Shown piece by piece: positions 28,223-35,632 of a DNA stretch of 56,069 bases. The stretch covers positions 9,483 through 65,551 of the forward strand of contig PLLD01000193.1 of NCBI GenBank assembly GCA_003141205.1, given 5' to 3'. The number at the start of each line of letters is the position of its first letter. Within the stretch, counting starts at the first letter, position 1. The notes beneath the pieces were generated by a model. That model did not search any database and was not told where the DNA came from. It was given only the letters and a program-made list of their open reading frames with translations. The DNA comes from Gemmatimonadota bacterium. GTDB lineage: Bacteria > Gemmatimonadota > Gemmatimonadetes > Gemmatimonadales > Gemmatimonadaceae. The position numbers and the translations under genes were made by a program.

Positions 28223-28264
28223 GCCGGTTGTCGCGGACGGGGGGAGCCGGGGACGCGTACCGGC
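28223..28264. terminator. Candidate bidirectional hairpin between convergent leuB and ompA-family gene
   Basis: gccggt..cgcg...cgcg..accggc forms an imperfect GC-rich inverted repeat. There is no clear U-tract. Confidence 0.25.
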
Positions 28265-28282
28265 TGCCATCCTGTCGACCCT

Positions 28283-28864
28283 TCACTTCTGGATGACGAT
28301 CTCCACGCGCCGATTTTTTTGCCGACCGACGGGATCGTCCGAGCCGTCGGTCTTCGTATTGGGCGCCACGGGGTTGGCCGCCCCGAATCCGCGCGTCTCG
28401 AACGTGACGTTATGGATGCCGCCTCTCGTGACAAACCACGTCTTCACCGCATCCGCGCGGCGAACCGACAGTCGTTGATTGTACGGGGCGGACCCTTTCG
28501 CATCGGTGTAGCCATCGATGCGGGCGGTCGATTTCCCCTTGTCGCGAACGACCTGTGCCGCGCGGGCGAGCGTGGAGTCCGCCCGCGGCAGGATGTCGGC
28601 CTTGTCGAAATCGAAGAGCACATCGGCCGACAGATCGATTCGGACCTCGGTCGGCAGCTCCTTGATCTCGATGTCCTTGACCTTGCCCCCCATATCCTGC
28701 ACACGATCGCTGACGGCCACGATCTTGTCCCGGATCTCCAGCGTGCGCGACGCGGCCTGCTGGGCGACCGCGCCGCCCGGCGTCGCCAGCAGCCCGACCG
28801 ACACCAGGACCGCCAGCATGACGACCAGCGGGAATTGCGTGCCGACGATGTCGCGGGGCAGCAT
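28283..28864 (-). CDS. OmpA-family protein (N-terminal TM/signal, C-terminal OmpA peptidoglycan-binding domain)
   Basis: VLFDFDKADILP...IDGYTDAKGSAPYNQRLSVRRADAV...NRRVEI. Start at the internal ATG (MLPRDIV) with GGAG upstream. Confidence 0.85.
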   Translation of the reverse strand: MLPRDIVGTQFPLVVMLAVLVSVGLLATPGGAVAQQAASRTLEIRDKIVAVSDRVQDMGGKVKDIEIKELPTEVRIDLSADVLFDFDKADILPRADSTLARAAQVVRDKGKSTARIDGYTDAKGSAPYNQRLSVRRADAVKTWFVTRGGIHNVTFETRGFGAANPVAPNTKTDGSDDPVGRQKNRRVEIVIQK

Positions 28865-28893
28865 GGGATCGGATCTCCAACCGCGGCGCCGCG

Positions 28894-29556
28894 TCACTGG
28901 CCGATCGGGATGTTCTCCATGGGCACGAAATGGGGGATGACGACGGTCATCGCGCGCACGTCCGGCGGCGGCGCCGGAAACTTCGCCCACAGAGTCGCCT
29001 GGGATTGCGGATCGATGTCCGGGACAGCCCGGCTGCAGAGACAGGTGCCATCAGCATCCCGTTGGGTGAAATATTTCCGCTTGTTGGCGGCATCGTGAAG
29101 ATTCGTCCCCCCGATGGATCGATACTCCCCTCCCACGCTGCTCTCACCAAAGTTGGCGCCGAGGTTGAACGCGCTCTTGGAATTATTGATGAGCACGAAG
29201 CGCAGGGTGACGGCATTCGGTCCGCGCGTGAGTGATTGAATGGCGACAGATATTCCCGGATAGTCGCCGTCACCCGTCGCGAGCGGCCCGGCCGACGACG
29301 CGGCCGCCGGTGGTGTCGGTGCCGGTGGTGTCAGTGCTGGCGGCGGAGGCGCGGCTGCCTGCGGGGTGGGAGCCGGTTGGGATGACGGTGCCGCTGCCGA
29401 AGGTGCGGCTGCCGAAGGTGCGGCTGCCGAAGGCGCGGCTGCCTGCGGTGGAATCGCTCGCGCGGAATCTCCGCTCTTGCCGCACGCGGCGATTGCGCCC
29501 AGCGCCAGCGTGGCGATGACGGAGATTCCCACACCACGCATCCTCGAGCCTGACAT
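28894..29556 (-). CDS. Lipoprotein of unknown function (Ala/Pro-rich linker plus beta-rich C-terminal domain)
   Basis: Signal peptide with lipobox IAAC. APSAA is repeated three times. SD GGGAGGAG lies 4 nt upstream of the ATG. Confidence 0.65.
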   Translation of the reverse strand: MSGSRMRGVGISVIATLALGAIAACGKSGDSARAIPPQAAAPSAAAPSAAAPSAAAPSSQPAPTPQAAAPPPPALTPPAPTPPAAASSAGPLATGDGDYPGISVAIQSLTRGPNAVTLRFVLINNSKSAFNLGANFGESSVGGEYRSIGGTNLHDAANKRKYFTQRDADGTCLCSRAVPDIDPQSQATLWAKFPAPPPDVRAMTVVIPHFVPMENIPIGQ

Positions 29557-29610
29557 ACGCTCCTCCCGACCGGTTGACCCGTTGCGCGGGACCCGCGCGC
29601 GGATACGTAT

Positions 29611-29637
29611 GTCGCCGATGCCGGGGAAGCGTTACGG
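29611..29637 (-). promoter_or_regulatory. Candidate ECF-type promoter (CCGTAACGC-N12-GGCGAC) in front of the lipoprotein-ompA pair
   Basis: The same bipartite motif, at the same distance from the ATG, occurs in front of the RDD gene (33796..33822). Confidence 0.4.
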
Positions 29638-29668
29638 TCCGGCGCGACGGCCGGGGGCCCGCGTGGGA

Positions 29669-32425
29669 TCAGCGGACTCCGCCGACCAGTACAAAGGGCG
29701 CCCAGCGCGAGGGATGTGCCATCGGGCCCGCCATCGCCAAACGGGCGCGCCGGACGGTGAGGAGGGCGGCCGCCGGTGTGCTGCCGGATCGCACCTCGCG
29801 ATAGAAGGCGCGCATGAAATCACCGGCGGAGCGATCGGTCACACGCCACAGCGTGACGACGACCCCCCCGGCGCCCGCGGCGAGAAACGCATGCGGAAGA
29901 CCGAAAACTCCCTCTCCGCGAACTCGGCGTCCGAGACCGGTCTCACAGGCGGAAAGCGTCACGAGATCCGATGTCAGATCGAGCCGGCGAATCGCCGGTA
30001 GGTCCAATACGTGGCCGCCCAGCACGAGCGCGTCGGCTTCCGGATTGCGCTCGCTGACCGTGGCGTGCGCCGCGAAGTGGAGGTAGCGGTAGCGCTCTGG
30101 CTGGAGGCGCCGCCACCGGTCGAGCGTCGCGTCCGCTCCGACGAGCACATCGGCACCCTGAGCCTGGAAGAGTGCCGCCACATCTCGAGCCTCCCCCGCC
30201 GCGTACGGCAGCGGGTCCCACACCGCCCGGCCGCGCGCGGAAGGATCGGCCAAAGCCGGCGCCGCGACGGGCGTGGGATCACCCAGCGCCAGCATCGCCC
30301 GCGACCAGTTCGCGCGCCCGGTTGCGCGCCCGGTTGCGCGCCCGGTTGCGCGCGCGAGCGCCGTCAGGACGGCGGAGGAGGGACCGTAGGCGAACTGACG
30401 CACGGCGCCCCAGGGCAACGCGCCCGCACGCGGCACGAACACTTCGAGCGGGACGTAGGCGAGCGGCCCATCGGGCACCACGAGAACCTCACCGGCCGAA
30501 TCCGGCACGAGAGGCGCGATAAACGTCGCGTACGCGCGCTCGGCGGCCGCCGCCCAGGGAGCGGCGCTCGTCGGATCATCCACCGCATCGCGCAGAAAGC
30601 TCACCAACGCGGCCAGCGAGTCTGCGCCTCCGATCCGCGCGGCGCGGACGGCGGAGCCGCTGACCCACCAGCCATACACCGCATCGTCGCCCCAAAAAAA
30701 TGTCACGAGCGCGCGACCCGGACCCAGCAGCTCGTGCTGGACCGTGGCGAGCGAGGCCGGCGCGGGAGAGCGCACGAGGTGCGCGGGATCGCCATTCCGG
30801 GCCGCACTGTCCAGCCGCTCCAGGGAATCGGTGAGCACCGCGATCTCGCGCTCCACGGCGGGCCGCTCCGCGACGGGCCGATCGCCCGCTTCGGCGAACC
30901 GCTCGCGCAGGCGCTCCCGCAGTTCCTCCCCGGGCGAATGCGCCGCACCCGCCGCGTGCTCCGCCATCAACTCGAGCAACAGCCGCGCGTGCGCGTGCTC
31001 CGCCACTTCGAACGCCTCGGCCACCCGTCGCTGGCGCAGCAGGATGCGGATCGCGCCTTCGTACGACGCTAGGCGCGGCTCGGCGACGCCCATCCGAAGA
31101 TCGCCGAGCGCGAGCCGCCCGCGCCACGATTCGAGCAGGGCGATCGTGCTCCGGTATTGAGTCAGCGCGTCGGCGCGGCCGGCGGCGTCGAGCGCCGCCG
31201 CATACGCTTCCCGCGCCTCCACCTCGGCGTCCGGGTCGCCCAACGAATCCGCAACGCGCACGGCTCCGCTGCCCCACGCGACGGCCGCATCCGGCTCACC
31301 CAGCATGGCCGCCGCGCGCGCGAGACCGGCGCGCGATGTGACACGCTCACGCCCGAAGCCCGCGGAGTCGGCCAAACGGCGCGCCGAATCGAGCACCGCG
31401 CGGGCCACCCCGGCGCGGCGATCGGCGAGCTCGACATGCCCGAGTGCGTCGAGGGACTGGACCCGGCCGTACGCGAAAAATCCGTTCCGGTTCAGCGCGA
31501 GACCCGTCGCGAGATGCTGGCGCGCGGCGGCGAGATCGCCCGAGCGCACGTACAACTCCGCGAGATCGCCGTGCACGTACACCTCGCCCCGGACGTTCGT
31601 CGTCTGCTCCGCCCCCCGAAGCGCGTCCGTCATGAGTGGGAGCGCACGGGCGTCATCGCCGATCGCGACGTAGACGTTCGCGAGATTCGCGGAGACGCGC
31701 GCGATCCCCTCGGGATTGCGGCGGGCGCGTTCGAACTCCAATGCACGCTCGAACGTGCCTTCCGCATCGGTGAAGCGCCCGAGATGGCGATAGTCGATGC
31801 CCAGCTCGTTCAGCTCGACGGCGACGGCGCGCGACGTGTCGCCGACGCTGGCCCGCTCGAGGGCGAGCGCTCGTGTGTTGTCGTCGAGCGCCTCGCGATA
31901 ATGCCCGGTTAGAGAATGGATCCGCCCCATCGCATGGTACGTGGCGCCCTCAAGCAGCCCGTCGCGAGCGATCCGCGCCGCCGCCTGCGCGCGGGTCGCC
32001 TCGGCGAACGCCGTGTCGAATTTTCCCTGCCGGTCGAAAAAGATGCTGCGCACGTGGTGCGTCCATCCCTGGCGATCCGGATCGGCTCCCGCGAGCGCAA
32101 GCGCGCCGTCGAGCATGCTCCGGGCGCTGTCGCGCCGACCGAGATGCGTGAGGGCGTCCCCCCACCAGAGCTGGGCGCGCCACAGATTGGCCGAGTCGTG
32201 GACCACGGCAAAGGAATCGCGCAGAGTACCGTACCGGAGCGCGGCCTCGGCCGACCGACCCTCGCGCCGCAGGCTATCGGCGGCCGCGAAAGCCGGCGAC
32301 GGGGCGAGCGGTCGGTCGCGCGCGCATCCGGACACCCCCGCTGAGAGCACGAGGCCGTACGCCAGACGGCAACGGCGCGGCACTGGACGAGGCGCGCGGA
32401 AGGTCGCGCCCGGCCCCCCGATCAT
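29669..32425 (-). CDS. TPR-repeat CHAT-domain protease, probable lipoprotein
   Basis: N-terminal signal with lipobox VSGC and a long TPR-like helical-repeat region. The C-terminal CHAT region has His (YLHFAAHA) and Cys (VTLSACETG) dyad motifs. An ATGA overlap links it to the anti-sigma gene. Confidence 0.85.
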   Translation of the reverse strand: MIGGPGATFRAPRPVPRRCRLAYGLVLSAGVSGCARDRPLAPSPAFAAADSLRREGRSAEAALRYGTLRDSFAVVHDSANLWRAQLWWGDALTHLGRRDSARSMLDGALALAGADPDRQGWTHHVRSIFFDRQGKFDTAFAEATRAQAAARIARDGLLEGATYHAMGRIHSLTGHYREALDDNTRALALERASVGDTSRAVAVELNELGIDYRHLGRFTDAEGTFERALEFERARRNPEGIARVSANLANVYVAIGDDARALPLMTDALRGAEQTTNVRGEVYVHGDLAELYVRSGDLAAARQHLATGLALNRNGFFAYGRVQSLDALGHVELADRRAGVARAVLDSARRLADSAGFGRERVTSRAGLARAAAMLGEPDAAVAWGSGAVRVADSLGDPDAEVEAREAYAAALDAAGRADALTQYRSTIALLESWRGRLALGDLRMGVAEPRLASYEGAIRILLRQRRVAEAFEVAEHAHARLLLELMAEHAAGAAHSPGEELRERLRERFAEAGDRPVAERPAVEREIAVLTDSLERLDSAARNGDPAHLVRSPAPASLATVQHELLGPGRALVTFFWGDDAVYGWWVSGSAVRAARIGGADSLAALVSFLRDAVDDPTSAAPWAAAAERAYATFIAPLVPDSAGEVLVVPDGPLAYVPLEVFVPRAGALPWGAVRQFAYGPSSAVLTALARATGRATGRATGRANWSRAMLALGDPTPVAAPALADPSARGRAVWDPLPYAAGEARDVAALFQAQGADVLVGADATLDRWRRLQPERYRYLHFAAHATVSERNPEADALVLGGHVLDLPAIRRLDLTSDLVTLSACETGLGRRVRGEGVFGLPHAFLAAGAGGVVVTLWRVTDRSAGDFMRAFYREVRSGSTPAAALLTVRRARLAMAGPMAHPSRWAPFVLVGGVR

Positions 32426-33054
32426 CGCGTCGGCCCGAGCGGCGTGACCGCGACGAGGGACGATCGGGCGAGCGATTGGCGTGTCGCATCGAGAGCGTCG
32501 ACGCTCCAGAAGGCGGCGCGTGCCCGCGCCCCCGCGGACAGCGAGTCACGCGGGATGCCGACGATCGTGTCCGTCACGGTGCGCTCGATGAGGACCGTGC
32601 CATCGGGCGCAAAGAGGCGGACGCGATACCGCTCGGCGCCATGCACCGGGAGCCATGTCAGCACAAGGGCATTGGCGTCGGTGGACGCACGCACCGTCAT
32701 CGCGGTCGCGCGACCGCGTTCCGTGTCGTCCGCGGCGGGACTCCGGCGGAGGTCGCTCGTGAGTCGCGAGCTCGCGGCAACGACGAGAACGATCGACGCG
32801 GCAACCGCCAGCGGCCACCTCGCCTGCGTCGCGCGACCGCGTGAGATCCAGCGCCGGGTGGCCGGAGCCTCGGCCATGCCGCTGAACGCGGCCCGCTGCT
32901 CGATTGCGCGCTGAAGGGAGGCCCAGCACCGATCGCACGCGAAATAGTGCGCCTCGAAGGCCTCGGCGTCGGCTTCGGTCAGGGTTCCCCGGAGATAGGC
33001 CCGCTCGATATCCGTGGCATCCACGAGATCGCAGTTCAGCTCCACGTCCGCCAT
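32422..33054 (-). CDS. Zinc-finger (zf-HC2) transmembrane anti-sigma factor
   Basis: HxxxCxxC motif (HYFACDRC) and one TM segment (WPLAVAASIVLVVAA). A roughly 110-aa extracytoplasmic domain follows. The gene lies 5 nt downstream of the ECF sigma gene. Confidence 0.75.
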   Translation of the reverse strand: MADVELNCDLVDATDIERAYLRGTLTEADAEAFEAHYFACDRCWASLQRAIEQRAAFSGMAEAPATRRWISRGRATQARWPLAVAASIVLVVAASSRLTSDLRRSPAADDTERGRATAMTVRASTDANALVLTWLPVHGAERYRVRLFAPDGTVLIERTVTDTIVGIPRDSLSAGARARAAFWSVDALDATRQSLARSSLVAVTPLGPTR

Positions 33055-33059
33055 GGCTC

Positions 33060-33674
33060 CTAGGTTCCCGATGCCAGCAGGGCGTTGCCCGCGGATGCCG
33101 GCACGAGATGGTCCGCCAGCCGACGCAGCGCCCGGTGCTTCCGCACGCGCACTGCCCCGGGCGTGCTATTCAGCCGCGCGGCGATCTCATCGGCGCTCAA
33201 CTGGTCGTAATAGGCGAGTCGCAGCAACTCGCGATCGGCGCGGTCGAGAGCCGCGAGCGCCGTGCGAACCGCCATTCGGCGCTCGTCGACGATCAACGCC
33301 GTCAGGGCATCGCTGGGATGTCCGTGCGTCGCCTGATCTCCCGACACCCGCTCGAGCGCCCGGTGTTCCCGGGCCTTCGATCGGTGCAACTGCATGCAGA
33401 CGTGACGCGCGGTCTGAAAGACGAACGCGGCAAGCGCGGGCGGGTGCTCGATTCGCTCCGTGCGGAGCGCGTGGCCGACACGGCGTAGCGTCTCCTGCGC
33501 GACATCCTCCGCCCCTTCCACATTCCCGAGCCGCCGCGCGGCAAAGACGCGAATACGATCCCAAAAGCGGTGGGCCAGCTCACCTTCGGATGGCATCGCC
33601 GCCGGTGCGGCCGGGCCCGGCTGCGGGACGGCCGGCATGTCCGCCGGACCCACGCTCGAGTCTGCTACTGGCAT
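33060..33674 (-). CDS. ECF-family RNA polymerase sigma-70 factor
   Basis: Region 2 (AEDVAQETLRRV..FVFQTARHV) and region 4 (LSADEIAARLNSTPGAVRVRKHRALRRL). The start is uncertain, with in-frame ATGs at 33674, 33638 and 33596. Confidence 0.85.
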   Translation of the reverse strand: MPVADSSVGPADMPAVPQPGPAAPAAMPSEGELAHRFWDRIRVFAARRLGNVEGAEDVAQETLRRVGHALRTERIEHPPALAAFVFQTARHVCMQLHRSKAREHRALERVSGDQATHGHPSDALTALIVDERRMAVRTALAALDRADRELLRLAYYDQLSADEIAARLNSTPGAVRVRKHRALRRLADHLVPASAGNALLASGT

Positions 33675-33795
33675 AACCCCCCCGGCACCGCCTGCGAGCC
33701 GATCCGTCGGCGCCTTCGCACATCGCGCCCGTGGTCCCGTTAACCCTGCAGGCCAAGGTATTACCCCCTTTCGGCATTGGGAAGGAACCGGCTCG

Positions 33796-33822
33796 CCGTA
33801 ACGCGGCGCGGCTTGCGGCAAC
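33796..33822 (+). promoter_or_regulatory. Candidate ECF-type promoter (CCGTAACGC-N12-GGCAAC) in front of the RDD gene
   Basis: Bipartite motif shared with 29611..29637. It lies 53 nt upstream of the ATG, versus 54 nt at the other site. Confidence 0.4.
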
Positions 33823-33875
33823 TCCGGTGGGCCGGACGAGTCCGCGTTCGGCCGGAAACCCGATAGGGGGGGTGC

Positions 33876-35345
33876 ATGACCGCGACCGATGCGACCGATT
33901 CAGCCAATCACGGGACGCCATTCACCGCGAGCGCCGCGCCGTCGCCGACCGGCGCCGACTCGACGGTGGAAGGACAGATCGCAGGATTCGGCGATCGCGC
34001 GCTCGCGCTGATCCTCGATACTGTCTTCTGCATTCTCGCATTCGCGGTCATTGGCAACTGGGCCGCCATCCGTTGGGGCGGGGCGACCAGCAGTGGGTTC
34101 AACCTTTCGGGGCTCCCCGCGCTCGTGACGATCTCCCTGACAGGGCTGGTGTGCTTCGTGTACTACTGGATTCTGGAGGGCACCCTTGGCGCGACGCTCG
34201 GCAAGGCCATCGTCGGCATACGCGTGCGTCGCGTCGACGGGGCGAAAGCCGATCTGCGGGCATCGCTCATACGCAACCTCCTGCGCGTCGTCGATGGGCT
34301 CGCGGTCTACCTCGTCGGCTGGATCATCGCCGCCTTCTCCCGTCTCCGACAGCGGCTCGGCGATCGCGTTGCCGGCACGGTCGTCATCCGGGCCCCCGGG
34401 GACCGCACCATCCGGTACGCGGGGGGCATCGCGCTGGCCGCAGCGAGTGTTGCGGCGATCATCGCGATCATATCGATTCGGCATGCCGCTGCGCAGACCA
34501 GTGTCGCGCCGCAAGCCGGATCGAGCCCGCCGGCTATCACCTCGACGGCGGCACAGGGGGACGCCCCGCCCCCTGCGGGGGGAGATGGCCTCACGCTGAG
34601 CACCATCACCTGGATGAGCGAGGCGGGTGGCGCGCCGCACAGCGGACCGTATACACCCGGCAGCCATGTGTTCGCGAAATACGAGATAACGGGTTTCGCG
34701 CACGGCCCGCAGGGACAGGTCAAGGTCGCGATCCGCATCCTCGCCGTCGATCCGACTGGCCTCGCCATGGGGGATTCCATTCCGAGCGATGTCGATGCGA
34801 CGGACCCGACGAGCGCTCCCATCTACGGCCATTTCGACATCCAGCTGCCTGATTACGCGCCTGCGGGCGGGTATGCGGCGCACCTCCATGTCCACGATGC
34901 GATCGGCGGTCGCGACGCGACGTTTGCGCCACCGTTCAGCGTGACTGCGCCTCCGGACGCTCCCGCCAGCAAGCTGGAAATGCGGGACCTGGGCCTTTCG
35001 ACGACCGACGGCGGCCAGGTACTCGCACACCCCGTATTTCATGCGGGCGAGACAGTGTACTTCACCGGTCGCGCGTTCGGCGTGCAATTCCGCGACGCCA
35101 ATCCGGATTTTCACGTCGACGTCCTCCTGCTCGGGCCGTCGGGGTCGACGATCCTGGGAAAGACCGATTGGGGCAAGATGATCGGCGCGGTCAATTATCG
35201 GCCGGCGACGTTCTTCGTCCCGGTCGACGGGACCGTCACGCTTCCCGCCAAGGCGGCGCCGGGCCCGTACGTGATCCGTCTTGGACTCCGAGACCTCGTG
35301 GCGCAGGCATCGCTGAATGCCGATGTCGCGTTCGATATGCAGTAG
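33876..35345 (+). CDS. RDD-family membrane protein with two C-terminal beta-sandwich-like extracytoplasmic domains
   Basis: RDD core: AGFGDRALALILD..YYWILEGTLGATLGKAIVGIRV..RNLLRVVDG. A further TM segment is followed by a roughly 270-aa repeated domain. Confidence 0.75.
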   Translation: MTATDATDSANHGTPFTASAAPSPTGADSTVEGQIAGFGDRALALILDTVFCILAFAVIGNWAAIRWGGATSSGFNLSGLPALVTISLTGLVCFVYYWILEGTLGATLGKAIVGIRVRRVDGAKADLRASLIRNLLRVVDGLAVYLVGWIIAAFSRLRQRLGDRVAGTVVIRAPGDRTIRYAGGIALAAASVAAIIAIISIRHAAAQTSVAPQAGSSPPAITSTAAQGDAPPPAGGDGLTLSTITWMSEAGGAPHSGPYTPGSHVFAKYEITGFAHGPQGQVKVAIRILAVDPTGLAMGDSIPSDVDATDPTSAPIYGHFDIQLPDYAPAGGYAAHLHVHDAIGGRDATFAPPFSVTAPPDAPASKLEMRDLGLSTTDGGQVLAHPVFHAGETVYFTGRAFGVQFRDANPDFHVDVLLLGPSGSTILGKTDWGKMIGAVNYRPATFFVPVDGTVTLPAKAAPGPYVIRLGLRDLVAQASLNADVAFDMQ

Positions 35346-35378
35346 CGATGCCGTAGCGATGCCGTAGCGATGCAGTAG
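35333..35378. repeat. 11-bp direct repeats (cgatgc[ca]gtag), about 4 units, overlapping the RDD stop
   Basis: Read directly. TAG triplets at 35343, 35354, 35365 and 35376 cover all three frames. Confidence 0.9.
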
Positions 35379-35418
35379 CGCGGACCGGCGCGCGTCGGTG
35401 CGAACGTGGGGACTCAGC

Positions 35419-35446
35419 TTGACAGGACCCGCTCCCCATGTAAGTT
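35419..35446 (+). promoter_or_regulatory. Candidate sigma70-type promoter of the ilv operon (TTGACA-N16-TAAGTT)
   Basis: Consensus -35 hexamer. The -10 box ends 9 nt before the leader-peptide ATG. Confidence 0.45.
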
Positions 35447-35455
35447 GCCCTGATC

Positions 35456-35551
35456 ATGCTGCCGTCCGCCGCGAGCCTTCTCCTCGTCCTCCTTATTGTC
35501 GTCCTGCTTATTGCGCAGGACCGTTCGGCGTTGGGGAGGCAGGCAGAGTAA
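35456..35551 (+). CDS. ilv leader peptide (31 aa, MLPSAASLLLVLLIVVLLIAQDRSALGRQAE)
   Basis: Twelve consecutive Leu/Val/Ile codons. The ORF lies between the promoter and a terminator hairpin, directly upstream of ilvD. Confidence 0.6.
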   Translation: MLPSAASLLLVLLIVVLLIAQDRSALGRQAE

Positions 35552-35575
35552 GCGGAGCAGTTCGACGGAAGCCGC

Positions 35576-35610
35576 AGCCCCTCCCCGACCGGGAGGGGCT
35601 GTTTCGTTCG
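35576..35610 (+). terminator. Attenuator terminator hairpin upstream of ilvD
   Basis: A perfect 10-bp stem (agcccctccc / gggaggggct) with a 5-nt loop, followed by gtttcgttcg. The competing anti-terminator pairing is 35533-35539 (ggggagg) with 35580-35586 (cctcccc). Confidence 0.6.
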
Positions 35611-35632
35611 TAGGCGCTTTACCCAGGAGATC

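Noticed and set aside
33675-33760. GGTTAACGG upstream of the ECF sigma gene as a third copy of the CCGTAACGC-N12-GGCRAC promoter (autoregulation).
   Set aside because: Only the first half-site is similar. The position 12 nt downstream reads GATGTG rather than GGCRAC, and the distance to the possible starts differs.
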